A stretch of 64,000 nt of DNA from NCBI GenBank assembly GCA_031835245.2, contig JAVKOQ020000013.1, forward strand, positions 248,001-312,000, read 5' to 3'. The stretch comes from Balamuthia mandrillaris. Taxonomy: Eukaryota. A program made the translations under genes and the position numbers. The number at the start of each line of letters is the position of its first letter. Position 1 is the first letter of the stretch. Below, piece after piece: positions 49,160 through 63,465 of this stretch. The notes below the pieces were generated by a model. The model saw only the letters and a list, made by a program, of their open reading frames with translations. It searched no databases and had not been told where the DNA came from.

Positions 49160-49615
49160 ATGTCGCACTGGGCGACGAAGAACAACATGAAGGGCTTGAC
49201 CAACTTCATCAGTGACGTTCGTGAATGTATGATCTCCACCGCCTTTGATTTTCTGACTTTGATTTCATTCCTTCGAGCAAAGTAGAACGAAGCGAGAGAG
49301 AGAGAGAAAAGTTCTGAACTTTTTTGATCTCTTCTCTGCTCGCGCTTTATTTATCATTTTTTGACTCTCTTCTGAAACAAAAACAACCAAGGTAGGGGAA
49401 AAGAGGCGGAAGAAAAGAGGGTCAACAAAGAGCTTGCCAACATGCGTAAAAAGTTTACGGACAAGCAAGGCATCAAAGGTTACGACCGCAAGAAATACGT
49501 TTGCAAGATGCTCTACGTCTACTTGTTGGGCTACGACGTTGACTTTGGCTACATGGAAGCCATCCAGCTGCTTAGTGCTGAAAAATTTTCTGAAAAGCAA
49601 GTGGTGCGTTTTTTT

Positions 49616-49651
<36 letters not shown>

Positions 49652-52443
49652 CTCCCTTCCCTGTTACCGTTTCTTTTCTCTCTTCTTTGTTTTATTCTTT
49701 GTCGTTCTCCTCTGTATCTCTGTTTTTTTTTTCCTCTATTGTTCTGATAAGAGACTGTTAGGGCTACATTGCGCTTGAGATTTTGTTGAACGAAGAGCAC
49801 GAGATGCTACCGTTGCTTGTACAAGCTCTGTGCGACGATCTAGAAGCCAGAAGTGAGTACTCCCAATGCCTTGCCCTCACGGCCATCGCCAACTTGGGAG
49901 GCAAAGCCATGGCTGAAGCTCAAATTGCCCAAGGCGTTGTTAAGCTTATTCTTTCAAAGTTTGTTTCCTTCTTTCTTGTCGTTTCTTGTCGTTTCTTTCT
50001 TTCTTGCTTTCTTTCTTCTAAATGGCTTGTTTTAATCTTTATTTTTCAGTGGGACGACCCCAATGGTGAAAAAGAAAGCCATTTTAGCTTTTCTTCAGCT
50101 TTTCAGAAAGTACCCTGGTCTCATAACAGCTGACCCATGGGCCACACGCTTCATCAGTCTCTTGTCGTCTCAGGACCTGGGAATTATCTGCGCCCTGATG
50201 AGTCTGCTCCTTTCTGTCGTGGAACAAGAGACGGAGGGATACGATATTTGCGTGCCTACCGTTATTGAAGTTCTTTGCAAGGTACACGCCTATTTTACTT
50301 TTTAAATCTGTAATTCCTTTTGTTTGTGTTTGTTCTATCAAAATCGGTTTTGACACTCATTATTTGTTGTTATTGACTGTAGGTTTTAGCTGGTGACTTC
50401 TCTCGCGATTACACATACTATAACATTCCTCACCCGTGGCTTCAAGTCAAGCTGTTACGCTTCCTCCGTCGATTCCCTCCAACCACTGATAAAACCTCCG
50501 CCAACAGCCTTCGCGACGCCCTATCTCGCATCCTCTCCGCAGCTGAGAAAAGCTTGGCCACAGATCAAGCCTCAATCAACCACAAAAATGCCCTAAATTG
50601 TGTACTCTTTGAAGCCCTTAGTCTCATCAGTCATCTCGACAAGTACGTCCTTGTCGTCTCCTTGCAGTATTTACATATTTCTCATTTTATCTTGTAATAC
50701 TTATGGTGTTTTTACCTTCTTTTTTTTTTTTTGTTTTGCACCAACAAAACAACAGTGATCCTAGTCTGCTAAAGCACTCTGCTGAGCTGCTTGGTCGTTT
50801 CGTATCCGCCAAGGAGCCCAACAGCAGATACTTGGGCCTTGACGCAATGACTCACTTGGCCTCCCTTGGCGACCGCAAGATCGCCGCTATTATCAAACGT
50901 CAGATGGACACGGTGCTTAGCTCCCTCAACGACGCGGACATTAGCATTCGCCGACGCGCGCTGGACCTTTTGTATAGTATGTGCGATAAATCCAACTCCA
51001 AGAAGATAGTAGCAGAAATGTTGGAGTTTCTCATTCGTGCTGACTTTGACATTCGTGAAGAACTGGTCCATATCTTGCTCTTCCCTTCATTTATCTTTCT
51101 TTTTTTACTCCTTTCATTTCCCTTCTCTCTCTCTCTCTCTCTCTCTTTGTGTTTATGTTAATTACTTAATTTTAACAGGTTATCAAAATTGCCATTCTGG
51201 CGGAGAAGTACGCTTCTAGCAATGCCTGGTTTGTGGACACCGTGCTCCGTTTGATCAGCCTTGGCGGTGAGAGCGTACCTGATGACATTTGGTATCGCGT
51301 TGTTCAAGTTGTGACCAACCACGAGGATGTACAGCAATACAGCTGTAAAAACGTGCTCAAGGTATTCCTTCATTTCTTTCTTACTTTCATATTCATTCTT
51401 TTTTCTTTTATTTCCTGATTTTTCTAAACTCAACAAACAAAAGGCATTACAACAACCAAATTGTCACGAAACGATGGTGAAAGTAGGTGGTTATCTGCTA
51501 GGCGAGTTTGGCCATCTCATCGAGGATCAACCCGGATGCTCTGCTTTGGAGCAGTTCACAGCTCTTCACAGCAAGTTCTACAGCAGCTCACTGCCTACGC
51601 GGGCCATCTTGCTTTCCGCCTACGCCAAGTTTCTCAACGTCTATCCGGAGTACCTTGCGGAGACCATCGAAGAGCTGTTTCGGCAACACTCTACGTTTGT
51701 GGATGCGGAGATTCAGCAACGTTCGTGCGAGTTTTACAACCTTTCCAAGCTTGACAAACCGGAACTTATGCAAACAGTGCTGGATGTAATGCCTGCCTTC
51801 TCCCAAACACAAGACCCCGTTACTGGTCCCCACTCTGACAGTGAAGGCGAGGAGGATGAACCATCCCCTTCTCATGAGGAAGACTCATCCTCGGCTTTGC
51901 CCTACGATGTCTCATCATCCTCCTCCTCCATTAATCCATATGCCGCCGCTGATCAGGCAAGAGCTGCTCCTTATTCTCCCCACCCTCTTCCTCAACAACC
52001 ACCGTATCAGCCAAGTCCAGCTTCTCCCTCTCCTCCAGGTTCTTTCTCCCCATCACCACCGGGTTCATTTTCCGGTGGCCCCTCTTTGGGTGCCTATGGA
52101 TCGGCGTCGTATGTTCTCCTTCCTTTTTTACTTCATTTCTTCTATCTTCTTACTTGTTTTCTCACTTTTCCATGATTATCTTCTCTCGCTCTCTCAATAG
52201 CGGAGGAGCACCAGACGTATTGGCAGCTGCAGCACCATCGCAACCAGAGGACCTCTTAGGCGAGATGTTCAAATTCCTCGTTGTCAACAAGGAGGGACTT
52301 CTCTACGAAGGCCCAAATCTTCAAATCGGCCTCAAATCAGAGTACAAGAATGAGCAAGGCCGGGTCATGTTATTCTACGGCAACACCAACCCTCAGTCTC
52401 CCCTTACCCAGTTTACTGTCATCGTTCCCCCTGTCAATTGTAC

Positions 52444-52492
<49 letters not shown>

Positions 52493-53201
52493 TCTCTCCT
52501 TTTTTTTCTTCACAGCTGTCGCTCCTTTTTTCTTCGTTTCTCTCTCCCACTCTCTTTTGACTTATCTTTTTTTTAAACTTCAAGATTTGAGCATCCAGCT
52601 GCAACCTATATCTTCCACGATAGCGCCAGGCCAGCAGGAACAACAGCTCATCAACCTGTCCTGCCTGGGCGAGTTCCACGATGCCCTTCCCTTCCGTATC
52701 AGCTACCTGTAAGTTCTTTTTTCCTTTTTCTTTTTTTTCGTTTTCTTTTCTCTTTAACAAATGAAATGCAGTTTGAACGGTAAAACTGAGAACGTCTCCC
52801 TCAAGCTCCCCGTCGTGCTCACCAAGTTCATCGTGCCGAACGTTCTCTCCAAGAACGACTTTTTCGGAACATGGAAGCAGTACAGCGGCCCTCCCTACGA
52901 GCACCAATCCATCTTCCGCGCCTCCAAGATCATCGACCTGAGCTCCATCACCGCCAACCTCTCCACGGGCTTCAACCTGGCCGTCTTAGAGGGAGTCGAC
53001 CAGAACCCGAGCAACCTTGTGGCCAGCGGGTTATTGCACGTCTCTGCAGCGGCGAGCGGAGGAGGGGTGAAGACGATTCCGGTGTTGTTGAGGCTGGAGA
53101 CCAACCAGGAGGCAAAGATGCTGAGGCTGACGATAAGAAGCAGCGATGGAACGGTCACGCCGGCCATAAAGGCTTTGTTGGCAGCTCACCTGATTTGTTG
53201 A
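49160..53201 (+). CDS. AP2A: AP-2 complex alpha-adaptin, about 10 introns
   Basis: MKGLTNFISDVR, RVNKELANMR, GYDRKKYVCK, PWLQVKLL and DISIRRRALDLLY; C-terminal ear domain (QIGLKSEY, LLRLE). Confidence 0.95.
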
Positions 53202-53293
53202 GAGAGAGAGAAGTTTTGGGATCGATGTAATCACAAAAAAGAAAAAATATTTTGTTTCACAAACATTAAGAAAAAGGAGCGAAGAGACTAGGA

Positions 53294-53712
53294 TCAGTTT
53301 TGTTGCTGTTGTTGGTTTTGTTGCTGTTGCTGTTGTCGTTCTTTTTCTTCTTGTTGGGCGAGAAAAGCTGCCCGTCGCTGTTGCGACAATTGAATAAACT
53401 CTTGAATGGCGTCATCTATGTGCTCCTCATGACTGCAAAAAAACATAAGAAGGGATAAGCAACACCGGAAAGCCTGAACAAAAAAAGAGAGCTACGAAAC
53501 TAGGTGTGAAGACAATCTTCCATGCGCGTCTTTTCATGTTTGCAGCTCCAAGGGGACTTGAGGACGCCCTCCCGCTTCACGCAGGCCACAAAAGGTTCCA
53601 CCACTGGGTCGCAGTGCTTGTAGGCCCTTTTGCGAACCTCGTTCAACATCTCCCGCTCTGCGGCTTTGCTGAGTTCCTTCGGATAGGTTCGCTCTCTGAA
53701 GAACACGCTCAT
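53294..53712 (-). CDS. Twin CX9C mitochondrial COX assembly protein, Cmc1 family, 1 intron
   Basis: CDPVVEPFVAC and CKHEKTRMEDC; second exon ends in a Q-rich tail. Confidence 0.8.
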
Positions 53713-53773
53713 CTCTTTCTTTCTTTGCTGTTTTGTTTTTTCCTCGAAATCAACGAAAAAAATGTAACGTTTC

Positions 53774-53926
53774 GGAGTCGAACCCGAACCCTGTTGCTCA
53801 CATACAAAAAAAATTAAATTGCATCCGATGAGCATCGAACTGCGCCACGGTAAAATGTGGACAGCGGGAGTCGAACCGGTAGAAGTCTGATTTAAAAAAA
53901 CAGGTGATGGTCGTGGGAGTCGAACT
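53774..53926 (-). promoter_or_regulatory. Three B-box-like motifs (GGTTCGACTCC x2, AGTTCGACTCC x1) without a tRNA, in a divergent promoter
   Basis: Plus-strand GGAGTCGAAC(C/T) at 53774-53784, 53867-53877 and 53916-53926. Confidence 0.55.
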
Positions 53927-54013
53927 GCAACATCTGCAAGGAAAAAAATAAGAGAAAAAAAACGGTTAAAAAAAAAGTAGTGAAGAGAGAAAAGAACAAG
54001 AAGAAGAAGGACG

Positions 54014-54486
54014 ATGTTTGCTGGGTGCATCATCTACTTGGTTCCTCCTTCCTCCGCCTCCTCTGAGCTTTATTCACACCAACAGGTTGGTTTGCTTACT
54101 TCCTTTTTTGTTCGTTCGTTCGGTGGGGAAGGAAAACTCACAGGCCAAAGTTTTGCTTCCGTCTTCCCTCCACGCCCCACAGCTGCTTGATAAAGTGAGA
54201 GGCAATGGCGGGGCCATCAACTACCATTTCAGCAGGAAGACGACCACGCATGTCGTAAGCACGCATCTAGCGTTTCCAGAATATGAACACGCTGTTGCCA
54301 GGGGCATTGTCGTTGTTACTGTACGTTCTCTTTCTCGCGGATCTTTAACTCTTTGCTCACATTATGTCGAATAAAGCCGGAATGGGTCCACCGCAGTGTT
54401 CTGACGGGTCGCATGCAAAACCCCCGTTACTTCTCTCCTGACCCTAACAAGTTCTTTTCTGGCGTAGTCCTATCTTCAACACAGGT

Positions 54487-54524
<38 letters not shown>

Positions 54525-57500
54525 CAGTTTCTATTCTCGCTTTCGCATGTTCTCTCCACTCATCTTTTCACTAATCGTTATTTAGATCCCTTCAGAGGAA
54601 CGAGACGTGGTTTATGCTGCTGTTACTTTATTCGGTGGCTGTTTCAGTTGCTGCATGAACTCTTCCTGCACGCATCTCCTTGCTCCTCCTTCCCTTGCTT
54701 CCTCCTTTTCATCACCCCCTTCATCCTCCTCTATTGCTCTACCTCCCAAACTGCGATTTGCCCAAAAGAAAGGCCCTCAGTGGTTGCACGTCGTCACTCC
54801 GGAGTGGTTCAATGCTTGCATGAGAGAACACAGACGGATACCGGAAAAAAACTATTCTTTTGCTTGGCCTCCTTCTCTTCCTTCTTCCTCTGCTTTACCA
54901 ATAGCATCTTCTAGTTCTTCTTCTTCTTCTTCTTCTTCTTCTTCTTCTTCTTCTTCGACGACCACTACTACAGCAACTCGTTCTACGTTAATGATGACAG
55001 CACACGAAACACCTCCTTCTCTTCCTTCCTCCTCATCATCAATTTCCATTTTATCAACAACATCTCCTTCTTCTACATATGCAACAAAAATAGCAGCGGC
55101 GGTAACAACAAATTATTCTTATTCTTCGCACATGATAAGAGCGAATGACTCACCGCCCCAACTTTCTGCACTTTCTGCCTTTGTGCCCTCAAAGGCATCT
55201 TCTTCTTCTTCTTCCACTTCTTCTTCATCTTCCACTTCTTCCTCTTCTTCTTCCACTTCTTCTTCATCTTCCACTTCTTCCTCTTCTTCTTCCACTTCTT
55301 CCTCTTCTTCTTCTTCTTCCGCTGACTCTCCTCCTCCCCTCGTGCCACCACCGGAAGCGATGCATGTGGAGGAAGATAAACCAGAAGCGGAAATGGAAGT
55401 GATGAAAGAAGAGCTCGTTACAAGCAACGAAAACATCATATACAATCAAAGGAAGGACGAACATAATGACGATGCCCTACAGAAAGAAGAGAGTGAACAC
55501 GTCAATGTTGAGATTCAAGATGGAGTTATACTTATTGAAAACAACACACCACAGGAGGGAGTACTCAAGGCTAAAGAACAAACAGAAAGCGAAAAAGAGG
55601 TAGAAGAAATTACTAAGGGACGACCACTGGACGAAGATCCAATGATCGAGGACGATGTAATTTATTTGAAGACAGTACAGGTAGAAAAGAGAACCAACGG
55701 ATCAACCCCCAAACGAACGCAATCTGAACAGCAACTACGTTCATCATCACCACTGTTGCCCACACAAAATAATGGCAGCGACTCATCGCTTCAAGCAACT
55801 TCACCAAATACACAACAGAAAAAGAGGAAGGAAATTACCACATCTACAGAGAAAACAAAGAAAGGGCAAACCAAACAAACAAACGGAGAACAGAATCGAC
55901 TAAAACAACTGCAACTGCAACCACAGCAGAAACAGCAAAACACATCGCGACAAAAGAGCAAGAAATCTTCCAAGTTTTTGATGAAAGGCAAACATTTTCT
56001 CGTTTCTGGATATTCAACGGAAGATACTCTCAGAATCGAAGAACAAGTGCGTTTGTTGGGTGGCACGATATGCAAAATTGTCAAACAGAGATACCCTTCT
56101 AGGTGGACCAACCTCATCACTCCTTATCAACGTGGACCTGCATGGCAAGCTGTAAGATCCCTCCTTCATTCTTTGCTGATGCAGTATGCTTAATTTAGGC
56201 CAACTTTATTCAAATGTAGGCAAAAGAAAGAGGAGATATTACCATCAGCTCGTATAAATGGTTGCTCGATTGTGCAGCTTCTGTTACAGTTGTTGATCCT
56301 CAACAATCCGTACTCCACATCCCCTTCCAAAGCAACACCCCTATTCCTGGCATGGAAGCCTTGGTTGCGTATTCTCTCTCACTCTCTGTCCCTCCCTTGC
56401 TGCCTCGCTGACTCTTTTGTTGAATAAAGATGATATCCCAGTCGGGAACAAGAGGCAAACATAGAAATGATGTGATGCAGATGGTTAAGGCTGCGGGAGC
56501 TTGTTATACTCCTTGTCTTACTCGGAAAAATACCCATCTTATCTGTGAAGAGTATGTTATCCCACCGCTTTATTTTCGTTGTATCTCATCCAATGCTTCT
56601 TTCTATTTTTGAATTTCAGTTTCGATGGAGAGAAGTACCAAAAAGCGCTCGAATGGGGCGTATGCGTAGTTTCAAGTCGATGGTTGGAGGAATGTTTACG
56701 GTCGTGGTCGCTGCTTCCCACTCCTCAATTCAACCCTCGTTCGGTACAACGACCGCAGCTTTCTTCACAACAGCCACCGCAATCGCCACAACACCAGCAA
56801 CAACAGCCACAACTACAACAACTATTACCTCAACCGCAATTACTGCCGCGAGCACAATTACAACAGCCACAAACGCAGGCACTACCGCAACAACAAGAAC
56901 AGCCACCACAACCAACACAGCCTGAACAAAAAGCACCGCCCAAAGCACAACCACAGCAGAAACGTTCACTGCCACAGCAACCGCAATCACCACAACAGCA
57001 ACAACAGCCACAACCACAAAACAACAAGACACACCCACCACCACAAGCACAACAGCAACAAAACAAAGAGCCACAACCACAAACACAACCACAACAAAAC
57101 AAAGGAAAAGAAAAAGAATCAGAAAAAGAAAAAGAAGTAGCAAAAACACAACAAAAAGTCAAAAAAGCAGAGGAAGAGAGAACAAAATCATCGGCGCCCA
57201 CTAGCGCAGACTTGTTGAGCAAAGCTAAGAAGAGAAGTGTCAAAGACATGGATGAACCTTCTGCCTCCAAAAAGCAGAAAACGAGAATATCGACTTCACG
57301 ATGTTTCTTGTTCAGCGGATGCAACCCCCAAGATAAAGATAACTTTCACAAGATTGTTACTTCATTAGGAGGTTCGTCTATTCTTCCTGCTTCTTTTCTC
57401 TTTCTTCCTTGTTCTTGCTTCCGTCCCCTTCTCTAACCAGACAAACATAGGGACATTTACTACTGATTTTGAACCGGGCAAATGTACACACGTGGTAATG

Positions 57501-58350
57501 AAGTCATTGTATCGAACCGAAAAATTATTGTGTGCATTGGCGCAAGGCCTGTGGGTCTTGAGAGAATCTTATATGTACTTTTCTTCTCCCTTTTTACGTT
57601 TGTTCTCTCTCTCTCTCTCTCTCTCTCTTTTCAAATTTTCCTTCTCTTTTTCTCTTTCCTCTTGGTCTTTCTTCTATCACTTACTTTATCTGTTAAAACA
57701 TGACAGTAAGGACAGTTTAAAGGAAGGACGGTTTTTAGAGGAAGAGAAGTATGAATGGAAAGGAAAGGGCTTCACCAAAGATGAGCGAGTATGGTTCGGA
57801 GCGATGCAGTACAATCGGCTGGAGGTGGCTCAGCATGGCCCTCGTTTTCAGGGATGGCATCTGTATATACAATGCGCAGAAGCGCCGCCGGCGCCTACCC
57901 TTGCGAACTTTTTCATGGCGGGAGGGGGCGCTGTCGTCACTTCCCGGTCTTCATTTAATGGTTAGTTGTTTCTCTTTTTTGTTTTAGTCACTCGTTGTTT
58001 GTATTAAATCGTTTTGCTCCCTTTTTTTAAGCGATATCTGGTAAGCATCGTTATGTGGTGGTTGACTCCACGGAAGGCATCAACGATGCAACGATGAAAT
58101 GGCTGGAGGAAAAGGACAAGGAGCCAAATGTCACTCTGGTGAAAGGTCGCTTCTTCCTAGCATTGCTCTGCAAACCTCCTCCTCCCTGTCTACATTCCCT
58201 GGTATGCTACTTTCCCTTCATCCTTTCTCCCTCCGTTCTCTCTCTAGCTCTCTCTTCTGTCATAGTCATTTTGATGTTTTGTTGCTAGGTCATGGAGCAC
58301 GGCTGGACAGCAAACTTCTGAGAGCCTGTGGGGTTCTTTGGTGTGAATAA
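54014..58350 (+). CDS. Multi-BRCT scaffold, PTIP(PAXIP1)/Rtt107/Brc1-like; 3' end approximate
   Basis: VVTPEWV..S..GR..NPRYFSPDPNKFFSG, VTLFGG, NTHLIC, KYQKALEWG and RTEKLLCALAQG; Ser-rich and Gln/Pro-rich linkers. Confidence 0.78.
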
Positions 58351-58607
58351 AACTAATGATCCTTTTACTGTGATTTCTCTTTATTCCTGGTGGGTCTTAC
58401 AGATAGAAATATCTTCTGTCTCGTTTGCTGTTGCCCAAGAACTGGTTGATGATTTCGTTAAAATTCTAACGTTTCAAGAAGCAGAGAAAGAAACACAAGG
58501 AAAAGAGGAAAAAGAAGAGAAAGAAACACAAGGAAAGAGAAAAGGAAAGAAGAGAAAGAAGAAACAAGAAAAACACGCAGATGAAGAACAAGAAGAAGAG
58601 AAACGTA

Positions 58608-61232
58608 CTAAACGGTAACAATGGCAGAGCCTATCATGACGATAATGCCAAAGACAATCATGGTAATGTCAATGGCAAGCCACAGCTTTCGTCTCTGCGG
58701 GCGGGCGATCAGCTTGAAGTGGAACATGGCCGGGAAAATAAAGGCCAGCGGCACGCAGCAAATGGAGCCGATGAGAGAAATAAAATGATCAAACTGATTG
58801 GCGCCCGCCATGGAGACACCAGCCATCAGAATGACGAGGCACGTGCGGAAGCCGTTCTTCTTCCATTTGCGGGCGAGTGATGGCGGTTTGTTAAGTGGCT
58901 CGTCCGAGACTTTATGTTTTCAATTGTTGAAACATAAAAACACCAGTAAGCAAGAGAGAGAGAGAGAACAAACAAACAAACATACCAGGATATTCGGCAT
59001 TGTTGATCGCTCCATACTTATCTCTATTCCTATACTTTGGGAGCTTCACATGATGGAACAACCTGTTCTCCATGATCCTCGTGGCAGGGAACAACATTAA
59101 GGGCCACGTGAACACCACCGCGATGATGTAGAGGAAGAAAATGGTGATGACGATTGGATTTTTGGGTGGTAAGTTGAGGAGAGCAATCACCTCGATGCTC
59201 TCTCCAAAGACATAAAAAGTCAAAGCGCCAAAAGCGATGAAGATGAGGGCGATGAGGAGAATGGAGAAGGAGAGCAAGGGGATGAAGTGATGCTTATGTC
59301 GCATGCTCTCCTCGATGGGAAGGATCAGACCGATGCCCTCAAACGTGTAGACTGAGGTGCCAAGGAACAGGGCGAACTTGGACGTGTTGAACAGAGGAGC
59401 ATATTCGGCAGCCTCATGTGTTGCTTTTTGTATTTTGATTATTGTTTGACGATAGGTGGGGTAAACAAAATAAGAATAAGATACAAAGAACCAAACAGGT
59501 CTCCCGAAGAGATGAAAGCGAGAGACGAAGAATGAAGAAGGGAAGAACGAGAGAACTAGCGACAAATAACATACCCAACAAATGAATGTCATAATAAAAT
59601 ACATATCCGAGTCCAAAGATGATGAACACATCCGCAAAGAGGGAAGGGATGGAGAAGTAGCGAATCCTACGAACCCACGCCAATGGAATATATACTACTA
59701 TTTGGAGAGCAATCAGCGTTTGTATGATAAAGTACTTCGAAACAACTTTGCTGCAATCCGTAAGACTCTCCAATAAAACAGTCATGATTTGAGCATTAAA
59801 TATGAAGTAGGCACAACAGAAACCCATCTATGAAGAGAGAAAGAGAACTTATGAGCACAACAGAAAATGAGAAGCCAGAATAAAAAAAAATAAACCTACC
59901 TGAGATAAGATGAGTGAAATACGGACAGAGTGATACGCCAAAGGGCCATACGCTTTACGACCAATGATGCCATAAGAGCCAGCCACGGCCTGTCGACACT
60001 TTACCAACATGATCATCGCCAACAGCGCGATGGCGGCCACTGCTGCCAAAGTCAAAGAAGAGAAGAGGATGCCCCCGGAGGAGAAGGCTTGGGGAAGGAA
60101 GAGCACACCCGTCGCCACAAACGACTTCATGATGATCAAAAACGTTTTTGCGGTACTGACCGTACCTGTTATTATGAACAAGAGCACACAAATCAGAAAG
60201 GAATAAATGGCAAAGCACAATATAAAAAGATAAAGACAGGAAACCTGTTTGACGACGAGCAAGTTCTTTTCCTTCTGCGTTCCATTCCTCGCGTTCTTCT
60301 TTCTTGCGTTTCTCATCCTGTTCTTCGCCTAAGCCTACCAATGATTTTCTTCCACCAGTTCCTTTCCTTTTGCTCCTTCTTTTCTTTCTCTGCTTCGGTG
60401 AGACAAGTGCTCCGGTCAACAAAGAGGTCTTTTCTCCGCTCCATTGCTCCAATCCCACTTCTCCTTCTTCCGGAGTTCGCTCTCCCGAGCCTGCTCCAAA
60501 TCCTATTTCATCCTCCTCTTCCTCCTCTTCCTCTCCTTCTTCCATAGCTTCCTCTTCCACTTCCACTTCATCCTCTTCCTCTTCTAGTTGCTTTCGTTGC
60601 TGTTCTTCTTCATCATCGCTGTCTTCGCTCCAATCATCTCCTCCAAAGTACTCAAACGTGTACAATTGATCAAACAGTCTTCTTCGTTTCCCTTTCCACA
60701 ACTGCTGCTCCGTTGTCGCGGTGGTTGCTGGCAGCTCTTCTCCGCGCTGAAGCCTTCGCCGCATGGCCTCCCTCTCCGCTTTCCTTCGAATGTAGTTCAC
60801 CCGAAAGCCACCAATCGGGTCCGCAATGTCAGAGGCTTTGGGCTTGGCGGCCGCCATCGAATGCGCGTCATAACTGGAGGAGACGCTCGGAGCCACCGAA
60901 GTGTTCGTCGAAGTACGAAAACCAGAGGCGCTGCCCCTGGAGGGAGGGATCGAGACCGAAGCGGAAGAAGGACCACCGGAGGAAGATGGAGGAGGGAGAA
61001 GATCCAGATCCAACGAGCTGCTTCGTCGTGGCAACCCGCCAGAAGCAGCGGCGGCTGCCGACAGGGGCGAGTCATGCGTGGACGAGGAGGAGAGGAAAGG
61101 GGAGGCCTGGCCGGAAGCGCGGCCGGAGGCAGGGCCGCTGCCTTCTCCGCCGCCACCGCCGCCCTCTTGTTGCTGTTGGAGGTGGAGCTCTTGAACCCTT
61201 CGTTCGAGGTCCCTCAGGTTGGTGAATGACAT
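58608..61232 (-). CDS. Amino acid/auxin permease (AAAP) family transporter, Avt3/Avt4/SLC36-like
   Basis: PIGGFRVNYI, KSFVATGVLFLPQAF, QMGFCCAY, YTFEGIGLILPI and LIGSICCVPLAFIFP. Confidence 0.92.
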
Positions 61233-61913
61233 GTTTGTCGTTGTTTTCTTTGTGGAGGCAAAAAAAGAGAGAGAGAGAGATGAACAAGTAATAGAAGAGA
61301 GGGAGAGAAAAAGAAAGCAAAGCGAAAAAAATAAAAATAAAATAAAAGCAGGGGGTTTGGGTGTGTTTTTTTTTTTTGTTTGTTGGTTAGCTCGTGCAGC
61401 GGGTGATCAGACTCTCTGTTATTGTTGTGTGGAGTTTCGAAGCGGGTTTTCAGTAAAAGAACAAGAGAAACGAAAAACAAAGAAAGAGTAGTGAAAGTAT
61501 GTTTTTTTTGTTGGTTTGTGTTGTGGGTTGAACAGCTGCAAATCTTTTTTTGTTTTTTGGTGGCGGTCTTCACAAAGTAGAGAGAGAGAGAGAAGTAATT
61601 ACGAACCGTGCACGCCTCCGTACGGGTACTTTTATTTCTTGGTGAAGTGCGGGTGCTCTTTTTTATAAAAAAAAAAACTTTGTGGCCGTCCACTTCTCCT
61701 CGCGTTGTTTATGTATTTTAAAGAAAACAAAGAATTAAAAAAAAAAGACAAAAAAAAAAACAGAAAAAATCGATTGGGGGAAATTTTCATTAGCGAAAGA
61801 GGGGAATTTGAATTCCACACAAAATTTCATGATGTTATCTCCATGGCAACCCTAGTCGTGTCGACATAATCGTGTCGACGTGATAAACATGGGGAACAGG
61901 AGAGACAGCGGTT

Positions 61914-62201
61914 TCAATCGGAGGAAGAAGAAGAAGGTTGGGGGTTATCGGAGCGTCTTTTAGGGGGTGGCGGTCGCTCCGGTGTCACACCGTCCACGAG
62001 GCCGTGAGCTATTTTCATTTCTCGCAGCTGTCGTATGACCTGTTCCTCCTGGTTGGGATGGGGCAGGAAGGGCCGGCCGAAAAGGAACACGGTCAGGGCG
62101 AAGAGGCTTGCAAAGATGAATCCTCTGCGAAAGGGGCTCGCTCTCGGCACTTGAAGCCTCCGTCGGGGCTTCTCACTCGCTGGCGGTTGTTGTGTGTTCA
62201 T
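61914..62201 (-). CDS. Small single-TM hypothetical protein (95 aa)
   Basis: Intronless ORF with hydrophobic segment GFIFASLFALTVFLFG; CCAAT and TGACGTCA motifs upstream. Confidence 0.5.
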   Translation of the reverse strand: MNTQQPPASEKPRRRLQVPRASPFRRGFIFASLFALTVFLFGRPFLPHPNQEEQVIRQLREMKIAHGLVDGVTPERPPPPKRRSDNPQPSSSSSD

Positions 62202-62497
62202 GTTCTCTCTTGTGTCACTCTTTCTTTTCTGTTCTTTGAGGAATCTACAGATTGGTCTTTCATCTCGATCAAATGACGTCACTCATTCCATAAACAGCCA
62301 AAACTGATGTATATCATGACATAACGAAATGCTTAAAAAAGAAAGTGTGACGTAACGCATTCGTGGAATGTTGAAAATGTGAAGAACGAATGCCTTACAA
62401 AAAAACCCTACAAAAAAAAGAAAAGAACACCTGGGACCTAGACCATCATCCACCAAAACTACTTTGGCAGTATCCCCTATCGTTTGAGCATCCAACC

Positions 62498-63147
62498 ATG
62501 TGGGTGAAGCCGAAAGGTGCGTAGTCTTGTCTTTTTCTTTGCCAGTCCTTGTCCTCATCTTGATCCAAGCCAAAAACTTTTCCTCAGCTCCTCCACATAC
62601 TTTTCAATTATTTCACTTTTTTCAATATTTAATCCCTCTTTCTTTCTTTCTTTCTTTCTTTTTTTTTTTGGTTTAAATGTGTATTTAAGGCACAAGCGGC
62701 CTTCACGTCCTGTGGCGAGTGGTCCGAGAGAACGAGTTCTTCATGCTGCTGGAGCACAAAGGAGCATTGGTGCCGCTCGTCTCCTCCTTCCTGTCTGCCG
62801 CGTTGAGCACGCAGCCGCTCCGCTTTCGCATCGTCCTGAAGACCGAGCAGAGCCACGCCGTTGCCGTCTCCGGTTTGTTCTTATTTTTATTTTTATTTTT
62901 TATTTTTTTATCTTATTTCTTTTTTTATATTTTATATTTTATATTTTATTATTATGTTTTTGTTTTTGTGCATTTATATGTTTATCATGGTGGTTCTTCT
63001 GACAGATCATATGAACAGAGGATGCGGACGAGATAGAAGGACACTGGAACTGGATCATGAAACATTTGATGCCAAAACTAAGCATGGATAAGGCTGATCG
63101 AGATGACATGTTTAAATACCTTTTGGTTTGTTGTTTTTGCAATTTTT

Positions 63148-63191
<44 letters not shown>

Positions 63192-63419
63192 CTGCAGAGC
63201 AGAGGGCGAAGAGGAGAAGTTTCTCTGCTTCCCTTCTCTCTCCTCTCTTTTCTGTTTTTTGTTTTTAAAACACTGATACATGAACAAACAAAAGGATAAA
63301 CTCAAGAGCAGATGTAAAGAATTAGGGCAGGAGGAATTGCAGCGGCAAAGCAAACTAAAGTCATTCTATCAAAAGTTTCCACACCTCAAAAGCGAAAAGC
63401 TGGTTGCTCGTACGCAATT

Positions 63420-63465
<46 letters not shown>

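Noticed and set aside
4..58350. Co-occurrence of 53BP1-like and PTIP-like genes, three GRAM genes and two TBC genes as a functional cluster
   Set aside because: They are separated by many unrelated genes and belong to large families; chance is sufficient.
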